A DNA stretch of 64,000 nucleotides from Acidobacteriota bacterium (GTDB taxonomy: Bacteria > Acidobacteriota > Terriglobia > 20CM-2-55-15), in assembly GCA_003223875.1 (NCBI GenBank), contig QHWY01000087.1:4267-68266 (forward strand), written 5' to 3'. The translations under genes and the position numbers were made by a program. Position 1 is the stretch's first letter, and every line of letters begins with the position of its first letter. The notes beneath the pieces were generated by a model. It worked only from the letters and a program-made list of their open reading frames with translations, made no database searches and was not told the DNA's origin. Shown here one piece after another: positions 55,422-64,000 of this stretch.

Positions 55422-57320
55422 CTACTCCTTCCTCAATATATGAGCCGCCACTTCATAGGGCCTCAGCTCCACATAATTCCTCGGACCCTGCCACGTGAAT
55501 CTAGCGCCCGTCAGCAGATCCACCATTCGATAGGGATGTCGCACGTCGATTCCCAAATCGTCCACGGGTAACTCCACAAATCCAGATTGAGTCCAGACAG
55601 AATCCAGATTAACGATGGTCAGAATGACGTTCCGCTTGTCCCGAGTTCGCTTGCTGTAGCAAACAATCTGGTCGTTATTGATTGGGTGGAAGTGCAAATG
55701 CTCATTCGATTGGAGCGCCGGATTTTCTCTTCTTATTGCATTCACGCGGGAGATGAACGCTCTGAGGCTCGACGGATCGTACACATTGCCCTGTTTGATC
55801 TCGTATTTCTCAGAGTTCAGATACTCCTCACTTTCCGTTTCCCGCGGCACGTTTTCGCAGAGCTCATAAGCCGGTCCATATATCCCGTAATTTGCGCCGA
55901 GCGTAGCCGCCAGCACGAGGCGAACCATGAAGGCCGGACGTCCGCCGCGCTGCAGGTATTCGTGGAGGATATCGGGCGTATTGGGCCAGAGATTCGGCCT
56001 GAAAAATTCAGCCACCTCCGTTTGCGTCAACTCTGTGAAATATTCGATGATTTCGTTTTTCGTGTTGCGCCACGTGAAGTACGTGTATGACTGAGTGAAC
56101 CCCAGCTTTGCCAGCCGATACATGATGTTGGGACGAGTAAAGGCCTCCGATAACAAAATCAGATCGGGATTTTTCTTCTTGAGATCACGGATCATCCATT
56201 CCCAGAAGTCGAAGGGTTTCGTATGCGGGTTATCGACGCGGAAAATCCGGACTCCCTGCTCGATCCAAAACTCGACAATGCTCTTCAATTCTTCCCAAAG
56301 CGATCGCCAATGTGGCGATTCGAATTCGAAGGGATATATGTCCTCATATTTTTTCGGAGGATTTTCCGCGTACTGAACCGTTCCATCCGGCCGCCATCGA
56401 AACCATTCCGGATGTTGCCGGACGTACGGGTGATCCGGCGAGCATTGATAGGCGAGATCCAACGCAACATCGATCCCCCTGCTTTTCGCAGCCGCTACAA
56501 AGCGCCGAAAATCGTCGAGAGTTCCAAGCTCGGGGTGAACGGCCTTGTGTCCGCCCTGTTGGGAACCGATCGCCCACGGGCTTCCGGGCTCGCCAGGCGC
56601 GGCTTCGCGCGCGTTGTTTTTCCCTTTGCGATGGGTGTGCCCGATCGGATGAATAGGAGGAAAGTAAAGAACGTCGAAACCCATTTCAGCGACTTCGGGA
56701 ATGATGCGCTCGCAATCTTTGAATGTCCCGCAGGACCGTGGAAACATTTCGTACCAGGTACTGAAGCGCGCACGAACCGGATCGACTGCAACCCTTAGCT
56801 CCCGATAATGGGAGGCCCTGGATCGGTCCGCATAGCTCGATGCGAGTGCAGCGAGACGATCATCGACATCTTCGATTCGAAGATGCCGAGCGGCGTGGTG
56901 GAGCTTCTGCGCATCGGCGCCCATCGCGCGCTCACTGGCGGCCTTTAGCAGTTCCGCGCCGATTTGAAGATCGACCGTGACATCTTGATTGGCGGCAACT
57001 CTTTTGAGGAAATCTTTGTACCAGGTTTGAAAAGGATCGATCCAACCCGTGATGGTGTATATGTAATGGCCGAGCTTCTCAACCGGAAACTCAGCACTCC
57101 ACCGGTCGTTGCCGAGCAGCTCCATGGCAATTTCCGTCCACGGTTCGTCATCCTCGTGGCGGTATCGCACAACGCCCTCAATCGCCTCGTGCCCATCGGC
57201 GAAGATATCCGCTTCAACAGCGACCGTTTCCCCGACAACCCGTTTGATCGGAAACCGCCCGCATTCGAGTTCAGGCTTCACCCCCCGAATGATCACTCGC
57301 TCCGGAGGCCGCTCGCTCAT
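55422..57320 (-). CDS. glgE: Alpha-1,4-glucan:maltose-1-phosphate maltosyltransferase
   Basis: GlgE-type GH13_3 with N-terminal domains (RFPIKRVVGETVAVEADIFADGHE). The start is probably the internal Met at ~57320 or 57383. Confidence 0.88.
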   Translation of the reverse strand: MSERPPERVIIRGVKPELECGRFPIKRVVGETVAVEADIFADGHEAIEGVVRYRHEDDEPWTEIAMELLGNDRWSAEFPVEKLGHYIYTITGWIDPFQTWYKDFLKRVAANQDVTVDLQIGAELLKAASERAMGADAQKLHHAARHLRIEDVDDRLAALASSYADRSRASHYRELRVAVDPVRARFSTWYEMFPRSCGTFKDCERIIPEVAEMGFDVLYFPPIHPIGHTHRKGKNNAREAAPGEPGSPWAIGSQQGGHKAVHPELGTLDDFRRFVAAAKSRGIDVALDLAYQCSPDHPYVRQHPEWFRWRPDGTVQYAENPPKKYEDIYPFEFESPHWRSLWEELKSIVEFWIEQGVRIFRVDNPHTKPFDFWEWMIRDLKKKNPDLILLSEAFTRPNIMYRLAKLGFTQSYTYFTWRNTKNEIIEYFTELTQTEVAEFFRPNLWPNTPDILHEYLQRGGRPAFMVRLVLAATLGANYGIYGPAYELCENVPRETESEEYLNSEKYEIKQGNVYDPSSLRAFISRVNAIRRENPALQSNEHLHFHPINNDQIVCYSKRTRDKRNVILTIVNLDSVWTQSGFVELPVDDLGIDVRHPYRMVDLLTGARFTWQGPRNYVELRPYEVAAHILRKE

Positions 57321-57395
57321 ATTTAGAGCGTACCACGGACCGTTGACTCCTCTTGTCGTCTCTCCTATAGTTCGCGTTGGCATCAGAGTAGGGCC

Positions 57396-59102
57396 ATGCC
57401 GCCGTCTTTTCCCAACGAGTCCGCAGTAGCCTTCGTCCGCGCGCGGGATTTTGTGGCGCAACACCGGACGGACTACACCGAAGCCGTAAGGCTATTTCAA
57501 TGGCCTTCCCTCGACCGGTTCAATTGGGCTCTGGACTACTTCGACAGGTATGCCGATGGTAATGAAACCACAGCTCTGGAGATTATCGAAGAAGACGGAC
57601 GCCAATGTGTGCGTTCATTTGCAAACCTATCGGTGCGTTCGAATCAAGTCGCTAACTTCCTCCTCGAATGCGGAGTGCGGCGGGGTGATTGCCTACTGCT
57701 CATGCTCGGCAACGAGATCGCGTTATGGGAAATGGTTCTCGCCGGCATGAAACTGGGCGCCATCATGACGCCCGCCACTCCTCTACTGACACCAGCCGAT
57801 TTGTCGGACCGAATCGAACGTGGGAATGTGCGGCACATCGTCGCCGGCGCACCTCACATCGGCAAGTTCGCAGGCTTTCCGGAAAATCTGACTAGAATCG
57901 CCGTGAGTGGCGAAGTCACTGGTTGGAAGCGATACGAAGACAGCAATCGGTCCGCTGAAACGTTTATTCCGGATGGTGAGACTCGGGCGACCGATCCCCT
58001 GCTGTTGTACTTCACATCCGGGACGACCTCGAAGCCGAAATTGGTGCGCCACAACCATCAAAGTTATCCTGCCGGCCATCTCTCGACTTTTTTCTGGTCC
58101 GGACTTCAAGAGGGCGATCGGCATTGGAACATCAGTTCTCCCGGATGGGCGAAGCACGCATGGAGCTGCTTCTTTGCGCCATGGATCGCCGGAGCGACGG
58201 TTGTTGTTTACAATTACAGCCGGTTCCAAGCAGCAGCGATTCTAGACGCGCTGATCCAGTACCGAATTACGACGCTCTGTGCCCCTCCTACAGTCTGGCG
58301 AATGCTCGTACAGGAGCCGCTCGAGCGATATCGTGTATCGTTGCGGGAGGCGCTCAGCGCGGGCGAGCCGCTGAATCCTGAGATCATCGAGCGCGTTCAG
58401 GCGGCATGGGGACTGACGATTCGTGACGGTTACGGACAAACTGAAACCACCGCAATGATCGGGAACACGCCGGGGCAGCCCGTCAAACCGGGATCCATGG
58501 GACGTCCGCTGGTTGGTTATGATGTCGTGCTACTCGGTCCGGATGGCCGTCCCGCAGATGATGGGGAGATTTGCCTGGATCTCGGCCGTCGCCCTCTTGG
58601 CCTTACGCCAGGTTACGCAGGAGAGGAGATAAGGAGTTCCGAACCGGTGCACGATGGCTTTTATCACACCGGGGATATCGCCCACAGGGATGCTGACGGC
58701 TATCTCACCTTCGTCGGCCGCACCGACGATGTATTCAAGTCGTCCGACTACCGGCTCAGCCCGTTCGAATTGGAAAGCGTGTTGATCGAGCATCCTGCGG
58801 TTCGAGAGGCCGCGGTTGTTCCGAGCCCGCATCCGATTCGACACACCGTGCCAAAAGCATTTGTCGTCTTGGCAGCCGGTTACATTCCATCACCTGAAAT
58901 CGCTCGAGACATCTTCGGCCATGCCCGAAAAACGTTGGCTCCGTACAAGCGGATCCGCCGGCTGGAATTCGCCGAATTGCCAAAAACAATTTCAGGAAAA
59001 ATCCGCCGCGTCGAACTGCGAATGCGTGAACAGCAGCTTCGGGCAAGCGGGTCCCGCGCGCCGCTGGAATTTTTCGAAGAGGATTTTTCGGAGGCACCAT
59101 GA
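57396..59102 (+). CDS. AMP-dependent acyl-CoA synthetase/ligase
   Basis: AMP-binding motif YFTSGTTSKPK and ligase core motifs in a 568-aa protein. Confidence 0.85.
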   Translation: MPPSFPNESAVAFVRARDFVAQHRTDYTEAVRLFQWPSLDRFNWALDYFDRYADGNETTALEIIEEDGRQCVRSFANLSVRSNQVANFLLECGVRRGDCLLLMLGNEIALWEMVLAGMKLGAIMTPATPLLTPADLSDRIERGNVRHIVAGAPHIGKFAGFPENLTRIAVSGEVTGWKRYEDSNRSAETFIPDGETRATDPLLLYFTSGTTSKPKLVRHNHQSYPAGHLSTFFWSGLQEGDRHWNISSPGWAKHAWSCFFAPWIAGATVVVYNYSRFQAAAILDALIQYRITTLCAPPTVWRMLVQEPLERYRVSLREALSAGEPLNPEIIERVQAAWGLTIRDGYGQTETTAMIGNTPGQPVKPGSMGRPLVGYDVVLLGPDGRPADDGEICLDLGRRPLGLTPGYAGEEIRSSEPVHDGFYHTGDIAHRDADGYLTFVGRTDDVFKSSDYRLSPFELESVLIEHPAVREAAVVPSPHPIRHTVPKAFVVLAAGYIPSPEIARDIFGHARKTLAPYKRIRRLEFAELPKTISGKIRRVELRMREQQLRASGSRAPLEFFEEDFSEAP

Positions 59103-60814
59103 GCACGGACGAACCGAGAGTTCAACTGAGCTACGCTTCCGGCGCAGGCACAACGCCACTGCTCGGCTGCTCAATAGGTGAAGCGCTGGACACGACCGCC
59201 CGAACCTACCCTAAGTCGACTGCACTGGTTTCGCGTCATCAAAATCAGAGGTTCACGTTTGCCGATTTGCATGCCGCCGTCGAGCAATTCGCGCGTGGTC
59301 TCATGCATCTGGGCGTCGAGAAGGGCGATCGCGTGGGGATTTGGGCTACCAATTGTTCGGAGTGGGTGATTGCGCAATTTGCCGCGGCGAAGCTCGGAGC
59401 CATTCTGGTGAATGTGAATCCGGCATACCGGCCATATGAATTGAAATTCGCGCTAGCGCAATCGGAATGTCAGACGCTTATCATGGTTCCGAATTTCAAC
59501 AATGCCGACTTTGTTTCGATGTTTTTCGAAACGTGCCCGGAAGCGAAAGCCAGTAAACCGGGAGCATTATCGGCGGCTGAGTTGCCGTTCTTGAAAAATC
59601 TCATTTTGATCGGCGAAACCCATCCGGATAGTTTCTTTGGCTGGAATCAGATTGTCGCGATGGGCGATCGCGTCACTCTGAACGAATTGAGGCAGAGAGA
59701 GGCGACACTCTCTTTCGATGAGCCGATCAACATTCAGTACACCTCGGGAACCACGGGTCGACCGAAGGGAGCTGTCCTGAGTCATCACAACATTGTCAAC
59801 AACGCGCTGCTCGTAGCCGAGTGCATGAGGGTCGCGCCTGGTGATCGCATTTGCGTTCCGGTGCCGTTCTACCATTGCTTTGGAATGGTAATGGGCAACA
59901 TGGCAGCAGTTTTGAAAGCTTCCACAATCGTCATTCCTGCTCCACATTTTGATGCTCTCAAAACCCTCGAGGCCGTGGCCGAGGAACGGTGCACCGCTCT
60001 TTATGGGGTTCCAACGATGTTCCGTGCGGAATTGGAGCATCCCGAGTTTCGCCGTTTCGATTTCACTTCGTTACGCACAGGAATCATGGCCGGCTCACCC
60101 TGCCCGATCCAGTTGATGAAGCGAGTTGTGGCCGAAATGCATTGCCACGAAATCACCATTGCGTATGGACAAACCGAATCGTCCCCTGTCATTACACAGA
60201 CCACGACGGATGATCCGATCGAATTGAGAGTAACGACAGTGGGAAGGGCGCTCCCCCACACCGAAGTCAAAATCATCGATCCCAGCGGGAAAATTGTGTC
60301 GCGAGGAACGCAGGGCGAGCTTTGCACGCGCGGCTATTGCGTCATGAAGGGCTATTACAAGAACGAGGAAGCTACGCGGAGTGCCATCGACGCGGATGGC
60401 TGGCTGCATACGGGCGACATCGCCGTCATGCGCGAGGACGGTTATTGCCGGATCGCCGGCCGCGTCAAAGACATGATCATTCGTGCCGGCGAAAATATAT
60501 ATCCGCGTGAGATCGAGGAGTTTCTCTACACCTGCCCCGGCATTAGCGAAGTCCAAATCATTGGGATTCCCAGCGCGAAGTACGGCGAAGAGGTGGCGGG
60601 GTGGGTCAAGCTGCAACCTGGCGCAATGCTTTCGGTAGCGGAAATTCAAGCATTTTGCAAAGGAAACATCGCATCATTCAAGATTCCGCGCTACATCAAG
60701 ATCGTGAGTGAGTTTCCGATGACGGTCACCGGCAAAATCCAGAAATTTCGAATGAGAGAAATCATGATTCAAGAACTGGGCCTTGAAGAAGCTGCGGGTA
60801 TCGAAACGGCCTGA
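59099..60814 (+). CDS. AMP-dependent acyl-CoA synthetase/ligase (second, translationally coupled)
   Basis: IQYTSGTTGRPKGAVLSHHN motif. Its ATG overlaps the upstream stop (ATGA). Confidence 0.85.
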   Translation: MSTDEPRVQLSYASGAGTTPLLGCSIGEALDTTARTYPKSTALVSRHQNQRFTFADLHAAVEQFARGLMHLGVEKGDRVGIWATNCSEWVIAQFAAAKLGAILVNVNPAYRPYELKFALAQSECQTLIMVPNFNNADFVSMFFETCPEAKASKPGALSAAELPFLKNLILIGETHPDSFFGWNQIVAMGDRVTLNELRQREATLSFDEPINIQYTSGTTGRPKGAVLSHHNIVNNALLVAECMRVAPGDRICVPVPFYHCFGMVMGNMAAVLKASTIVIPAPHFDALKTLEAVAEERCTALYGVPTMFRAELEHPEFRRFDFTSLRTGIMAGSPCPIQLMKRVVAEMHCHEITIAYGQTESSPVITQTTTDDPIELRVTTVGRALPHTEVKIIDPSGKIVSRGTQGELCTRGYCVMKGYYKNEEATRSAIDADGWLHTGDIAVMREDGYCRIAGRVKDMIIRAGENIYPREIEEFLYTCPGISEVQIIGIPSAKYGEEVAGWVKLQPGAMLSVAEIQAFCKGNIASFKIPRYIKIVSEFPMTVTGKIQKFRMREIMIQELGLEEAAGIETA

Positions 60815-60899
60815 CATTCTCGGTTGACAACCGGGACCAGACGGCAATAATCAAGGCACTGGGATTCAATTAACTCAATCGCCCAACGACGAGGTTCAC

Positions 60900-61520
60900 A
60901 TGAAAAAGTTTCTATTGGGACTCACCATTGTTGCGGGTTTCGCTGTCTTAGTGATGGCGCAAGGCAAGATCAATCCGACCGACCCGCAACCGACCTGCAA
61001 CATGTGCCCGGGAACCTATATACCGGTGTCTGAACTGGAGGCGTACACAAAAAAGGCAATTGCAGAAAAATTGATTGACCAGCAAGTACGAGATATCGAG
61101 ATCGGAAAGGCTCATGTCGGTATCGGTATGGTCCACCGCGGAAAGCTGGACAAGCCCGCGTCCAGCTCCGTCGCCGAGCATGACCTGGTCAGCGAGGTTT
61201 ACCACATCGTCTCCGGTTCGGCCACTCTCGTTCTCGGTCCCGATATTACGAACAGGCAGAGACGTCCCGCCACGCTGCGGACTGTTATCGAATTCAACGG
61301 CCCGGGCAATAACGGTTCGGAAATTCGAAACGGCAAGTCATACGACCTGAAGGTTGGGGACGTGGTTGTGATTCCCGCCGGCACAGGGCACTGGTTTACG
61401 AAGATCGATGATCACATCGATTACTTGATGGTTCGGATCGATCCGGATAAGGCGACACCGCTCAGGAGTGAAGCCCAGTCGAAGGAGTATCTCTCAAAGC
61501 CTGCTCCGCGAGAGCCGTGA
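60900..61520 (+). CDS. Secreted cupin-domain protein
   Basis: Signal peptide plus a cupin beta-barrel motif pair (HDLVSEVYHIVSG ... GDVVVIPAGTGHWF). Confidence 0.6.
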   Translation: MKKFLLGLTIVAGFAVLVMAQGKINPTDPQPTCNMCPGTYIPVSELEAYTKKAIAEKLIDQQVRDIEIGKAHVGIGMVHRGKLDKPASSSVAEHDLVSEVYHIVSGSATLVLGPDITNRQRRPATLRTVIEFNGPGNNGSEIRNGKSYDLKVGDVVVIPAGTGHWFTKIDDHIDYLMVRIDPDKATPLRSEAQSKEYLSKPAPREP

Positions 61521-62393
61521 GTGCTCCGTTAACGCAGCGAGGATTTCATCGAGTGTGGGTGGCGTGCCGGAATCTTTGAACCGGGCCAGACGCCGGTAGA
61601 TGTTTGCGGCCGCGGCGTGGAATTCGCCCGGCGATCCGGCTTCGCTGAAGGTTCGGGAAATCTCTTCCATTTCGCCAACGAATCGCCAGGCTTTCGATGT
61701 ATTGGCTTGAATTCGCTTTTGCACTTGTTCAGGTAAAACCGGATCGTCGCGTTTCCACTGGGCAAACAATTCTTCGCGCACGCCGAGAGTTTCCGCCGTT
61801 GCCAAAATGGCGGCGAGCAGCGCCACGGTTCCTTTTGTGTTCGCCGCGTAACACATCTTCAGCGCGGAGGCTTTGCCGATCGTAGATCCCAAGATTTTCA
61901 CATCCAATGGACCTGCTGAAAAACAATCGGCGACGGCCGCCGCGCCCTGTCCAGAGAGATACAGACAAGTTGTTCCCGGCTTCCAAGCGGGGAATCCAAT
62001 AATACCTCCATCGACGAAGCTCACACCCGCTGCCGACATGGTTTCACCGATTTTGATGGTGCGCTGTGGCGCTATGGCATTCGCATCGACATAGATTCCG
62101 GTAAATCCGGCAGCGGCTACATCGTTGGCGAGCGATTCGGCCGCGTCGGGCGGGCATACACTGATAATGATCGGGCATTCGGCACACAGCGACGCCAGAG
62201 TTCGCGCATCATGCAGGTGGAGTTGCGCCGCACGCTCGCGTGTTTGTTGCCGGCGTCCTTCGGAAATCCAATAGACCTCGCAGCCGCTATTTTGTGCAGA
62301 CGCCGCGATAGAGATTCCCATTTCACCCGGATGCAAAATTCCGATATGTGGTGCCACGTTTCCCCCTATTGCCCGATATATTTCTTCATCCAC
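61494..62393 (-). CDS. NAD(P)-binding oxidoreductase (6-phosphogluconate-dehydrogenase-like / DUF1932-type)
   Basis: N-terminal Rossmann IGILHPGEMGISIAAS and a C-terminal all-helical domain. Confidence 0.55.
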   Translation of the reverse strand: MDEEIYRAIGGNVAPHIGILHPGEMGISIAASAQNSGCEVYWISEGRRQQTRERAAQLHLHDARTLASLCAECPIIISVCPPDAAESLANDVAAAGFTGIYVDANAIAPQRTIKIGETMSAAGVSFVDGGIIGFPAWKPGTTCLYLSGQGAAAVADCFSAGPLDVKILGSTIGKASALKMCYAANTKGTVALLAAILATAETLGVREELFAQWKRDDPVLPEQVQKRIQANTSKAWRFVGEMEEISRTFSEAGSPGEFHAAAANIYRRLARFKDSGTPPTLDEILAALTEHSRLSRSRL

Positions 62394-64000
62394 CCGAACA
62401 CGGTTTCATGCCAGCGTTTGCTGTCGAGCGCTCCGAGTACCCAATGGCCCTCGTCGGGAAAAACAAGGGTTTCGGATGGCACTCCGTTGCGGCGGAGCGC
62501 AGTGAAGAGCTGGAGGCCCTGATCGACCGGCACGCGAAAATCTTGCTCGTTAGTGATAACCAATGTTGGAGTTTTGATTTTGTCCGCAGACAAATGTGGC
62601 GAGCATCGTGCGAAATGCCTTCGCGCCGGGGGACTCCAGGGCGGACCACCGGATTCCCAGTCGGTAAACCAGAGTTCTTCGCTCTCGAACGACATGGTCT
62701 CGAGGTTGAAAACACCATCGTGGGAGACGGCGGCCTTGAAACGGTCCGTGTGTCCGATGAGCCAATCGACCGCATATCCTCCGTAGCTCGCGCCCGCGAT
62801 ACCCATTCGCTGTGGATCGACGAATCCGAACCTCGTCACCGCATCGAAAACGGCATTGAGGTCAATCATGACCTTGCCGCACCAATCCTGCGAGATTTCA
62901 TCCACGAATCTCTGCCCGAAACCCGTAGAACCGCGAGGATTCGGCGCTGCAACAATCCAACCTCGCGCAGCCCAAAGCGCGGGATTCCAGCGATACGACC
63001 ACGAGTCCGACCAATCGCCCTGCGGGCCGCCGTGAATGAGGAAAACGGCCGGATATTTTTTCGAAGCGTCGAAGTTCGGCGGCTGAAGCAACCAGTATTG
63101 GATCGGAGTGCCTGAGGCACCCGTGACCGTCAGACTCTCGGTCTGAGACGTTGCCGTTTGACTCAGCCATCGCAAGTTCTCATTCGTTAGTTGCTTTGTT
63201 GAGCTTCCATCAAGCGAAGCGCGGAACAATTCCGGAGGAGCCGTCAGTGTTGATTTTGAAAACAGAATGAAATCCGGACCAGCGTGGATTTGATTGATGC
63301 TACCGCCTTTGCTTATCGGTTTGGGCGTGCCGCCGGCCACGGGAACGACATACAAGTTGAGCGTCCCTTTCTCGCTCGCGGTAAAGAAAATGGAATGGCC
63401 GTTTGGAGAGAAGGTGAACTCGTCTACCGAAATATCCGTCGACTCAAACAGCGTGCGTTTTGAACCAGTTGCTCGATCATAGACGTCGATATACCACCGA
63501 TCCGATTCGAAACCCGGGCGCCGTTGAGCTGAGATGGCAAGAAGCGTTCCGTCGGGCGAAAACACCGGCTGATTATCTGCCGCGGGATTCGCGGTGATCT
63601 TTTTGGGTTCCCCTCCGACCACAGGAACCAACCAGACATCACGGTTCGTGTTCAACATTTCGCGATCCCTACCGTCGCGATTGGAAACGAATGCGATGGC
63701 ACGGCTGTCCGGAGCGAAGGCGATTGCGCCGTCCTCATAAAAGTGCGGGGGCGAATCGAAATCTCCGGGCGTAACGTCGCGCGCTTCTCCGGTGTCGAGA
63801 TCGGCGACGAAAACATGATGGCGAATATTCGTGCGCCATTCGTCCCAATGCCGGAATGGCAGAGCCGTCAAGAGCCGGACCTTGACCGGATCTTTCTCGA
63901 GCGCCTCGCGCGTGCGCCGGTTGCATTCGTCATCCTTGCATTGCGGATAGACGTCCGAGACGAAGGCGATCTTTTTCCCGTCGGGGGACATAACAAGAGG
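62366..64000 (-). CDS. S9 family serine peptidase (prolyl oligopeptidase/acylaminoacyl-peptidase-like). The N-terminus lies beyond the window edge
   Basis: A beta-propeller region followed by an alpha/beta hydrolase with GASYGGY and downstream D/H. The frame is still open at base 64000. Confidence 0.8.
   Translation of the reverse strand, partial: PLVMSPDGKKIAFVSDVYPQCKDDECNRRTREALEKDPVKVRLLTALPFRHWDEWRTNIRHHVFVADLDTGEARDVTPGDFDSPPHFYEDGAIAFAPDSRAIAFVSNRDGRDREMLNTNRDVWLVPVVGGEPKKITANPAADNQPVFSPDGTLLAISAQRRPGFESDRWYIDVYDRATGSKRTLFESTDISVDEFTFSPNGHSIFFTASEKGTLNLYVVPVAGGTPKPISKGGSINQIHAGPDFILFSKSTLTAPPELFRASLDGSSTKQLTNENLRWLSQTATSQTESLTVTGASGTPIQYWLLQPPNFDASKKYPAVFLIHGGPQGDWSDSWSYRWNPALWAARGWIVAAPNPRGSTGFGQRFVDEISQDWCGKVMIDLNAVFDAVTRFGFVDPQRMGIAGASYGGYAVDWLIGHTDRFKAAVSHDGVFNLETMSFESEELWFTDWESGGPPWSPPARRHFARCSPHLSADKIKTPTLVITNEQDFRVPVDQGLQLFTALRRNGVPSETLVFPDEGHWVLGALDSKRWHETVFGWMKKYIGQ

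Overview
High-GC (~58-60%) bacterial chromosomal window. By gene content it looks Acidobacteriota-like (DUF1592/DUF1552 pair, giant SBBP beta-propeller protein), but that is inference only. Positions 1-10945 hold a textbook ribosomal-protein super-operon on the + strand: S3 (partial), L16, L29, S17, L14, L24, L5, S14 type Z, S8, L6, L18, S5, L30, L15, secY, adk, infA, L36, S13, S11, S4, rpoA, L17. Downstream there are, in order: a low-GC ~1 kb insertion flanked by 65-bp direct repeats that carries a 5'-truncated methyltransferase; a co-directional module of a DUF1592 cytochrome-c-like protein, DUF1552, an ankyrin protein, a membrane protein, an esterase, an ACT protein and a methyltransferase; a glnS / siroheme-synthesis / ferredoxin-sulfite-reductase cluster; pheA; a modABC-type ABC transporter; a DUF5916 protein; a 1627-aa secreted SBBP-repeat protein; an OsmC-like gene interrupted by an in-frame TGA exactly at the conserved active-site Cys, which makes it a selenoprotein candidate; mgtE; an IS200-like REP-associated tyrosine transposase flanked by REPs; a GlgE-pathway alpha-glucan cluster (glgB, malQ, treS-mak fusion, glgE); two acyl-CoA synthetases; and an S9 peptidase (partial). 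The window is unusually rich in structured intergenic repeats. At least three hairpin/MITE families sit between genes, including inside the r-protein operons, together with several long perfect palindromes. There are also two cases of a gene fragment bracketed by direct repeats. No rRNA, tRNA or CRISPR was detected.
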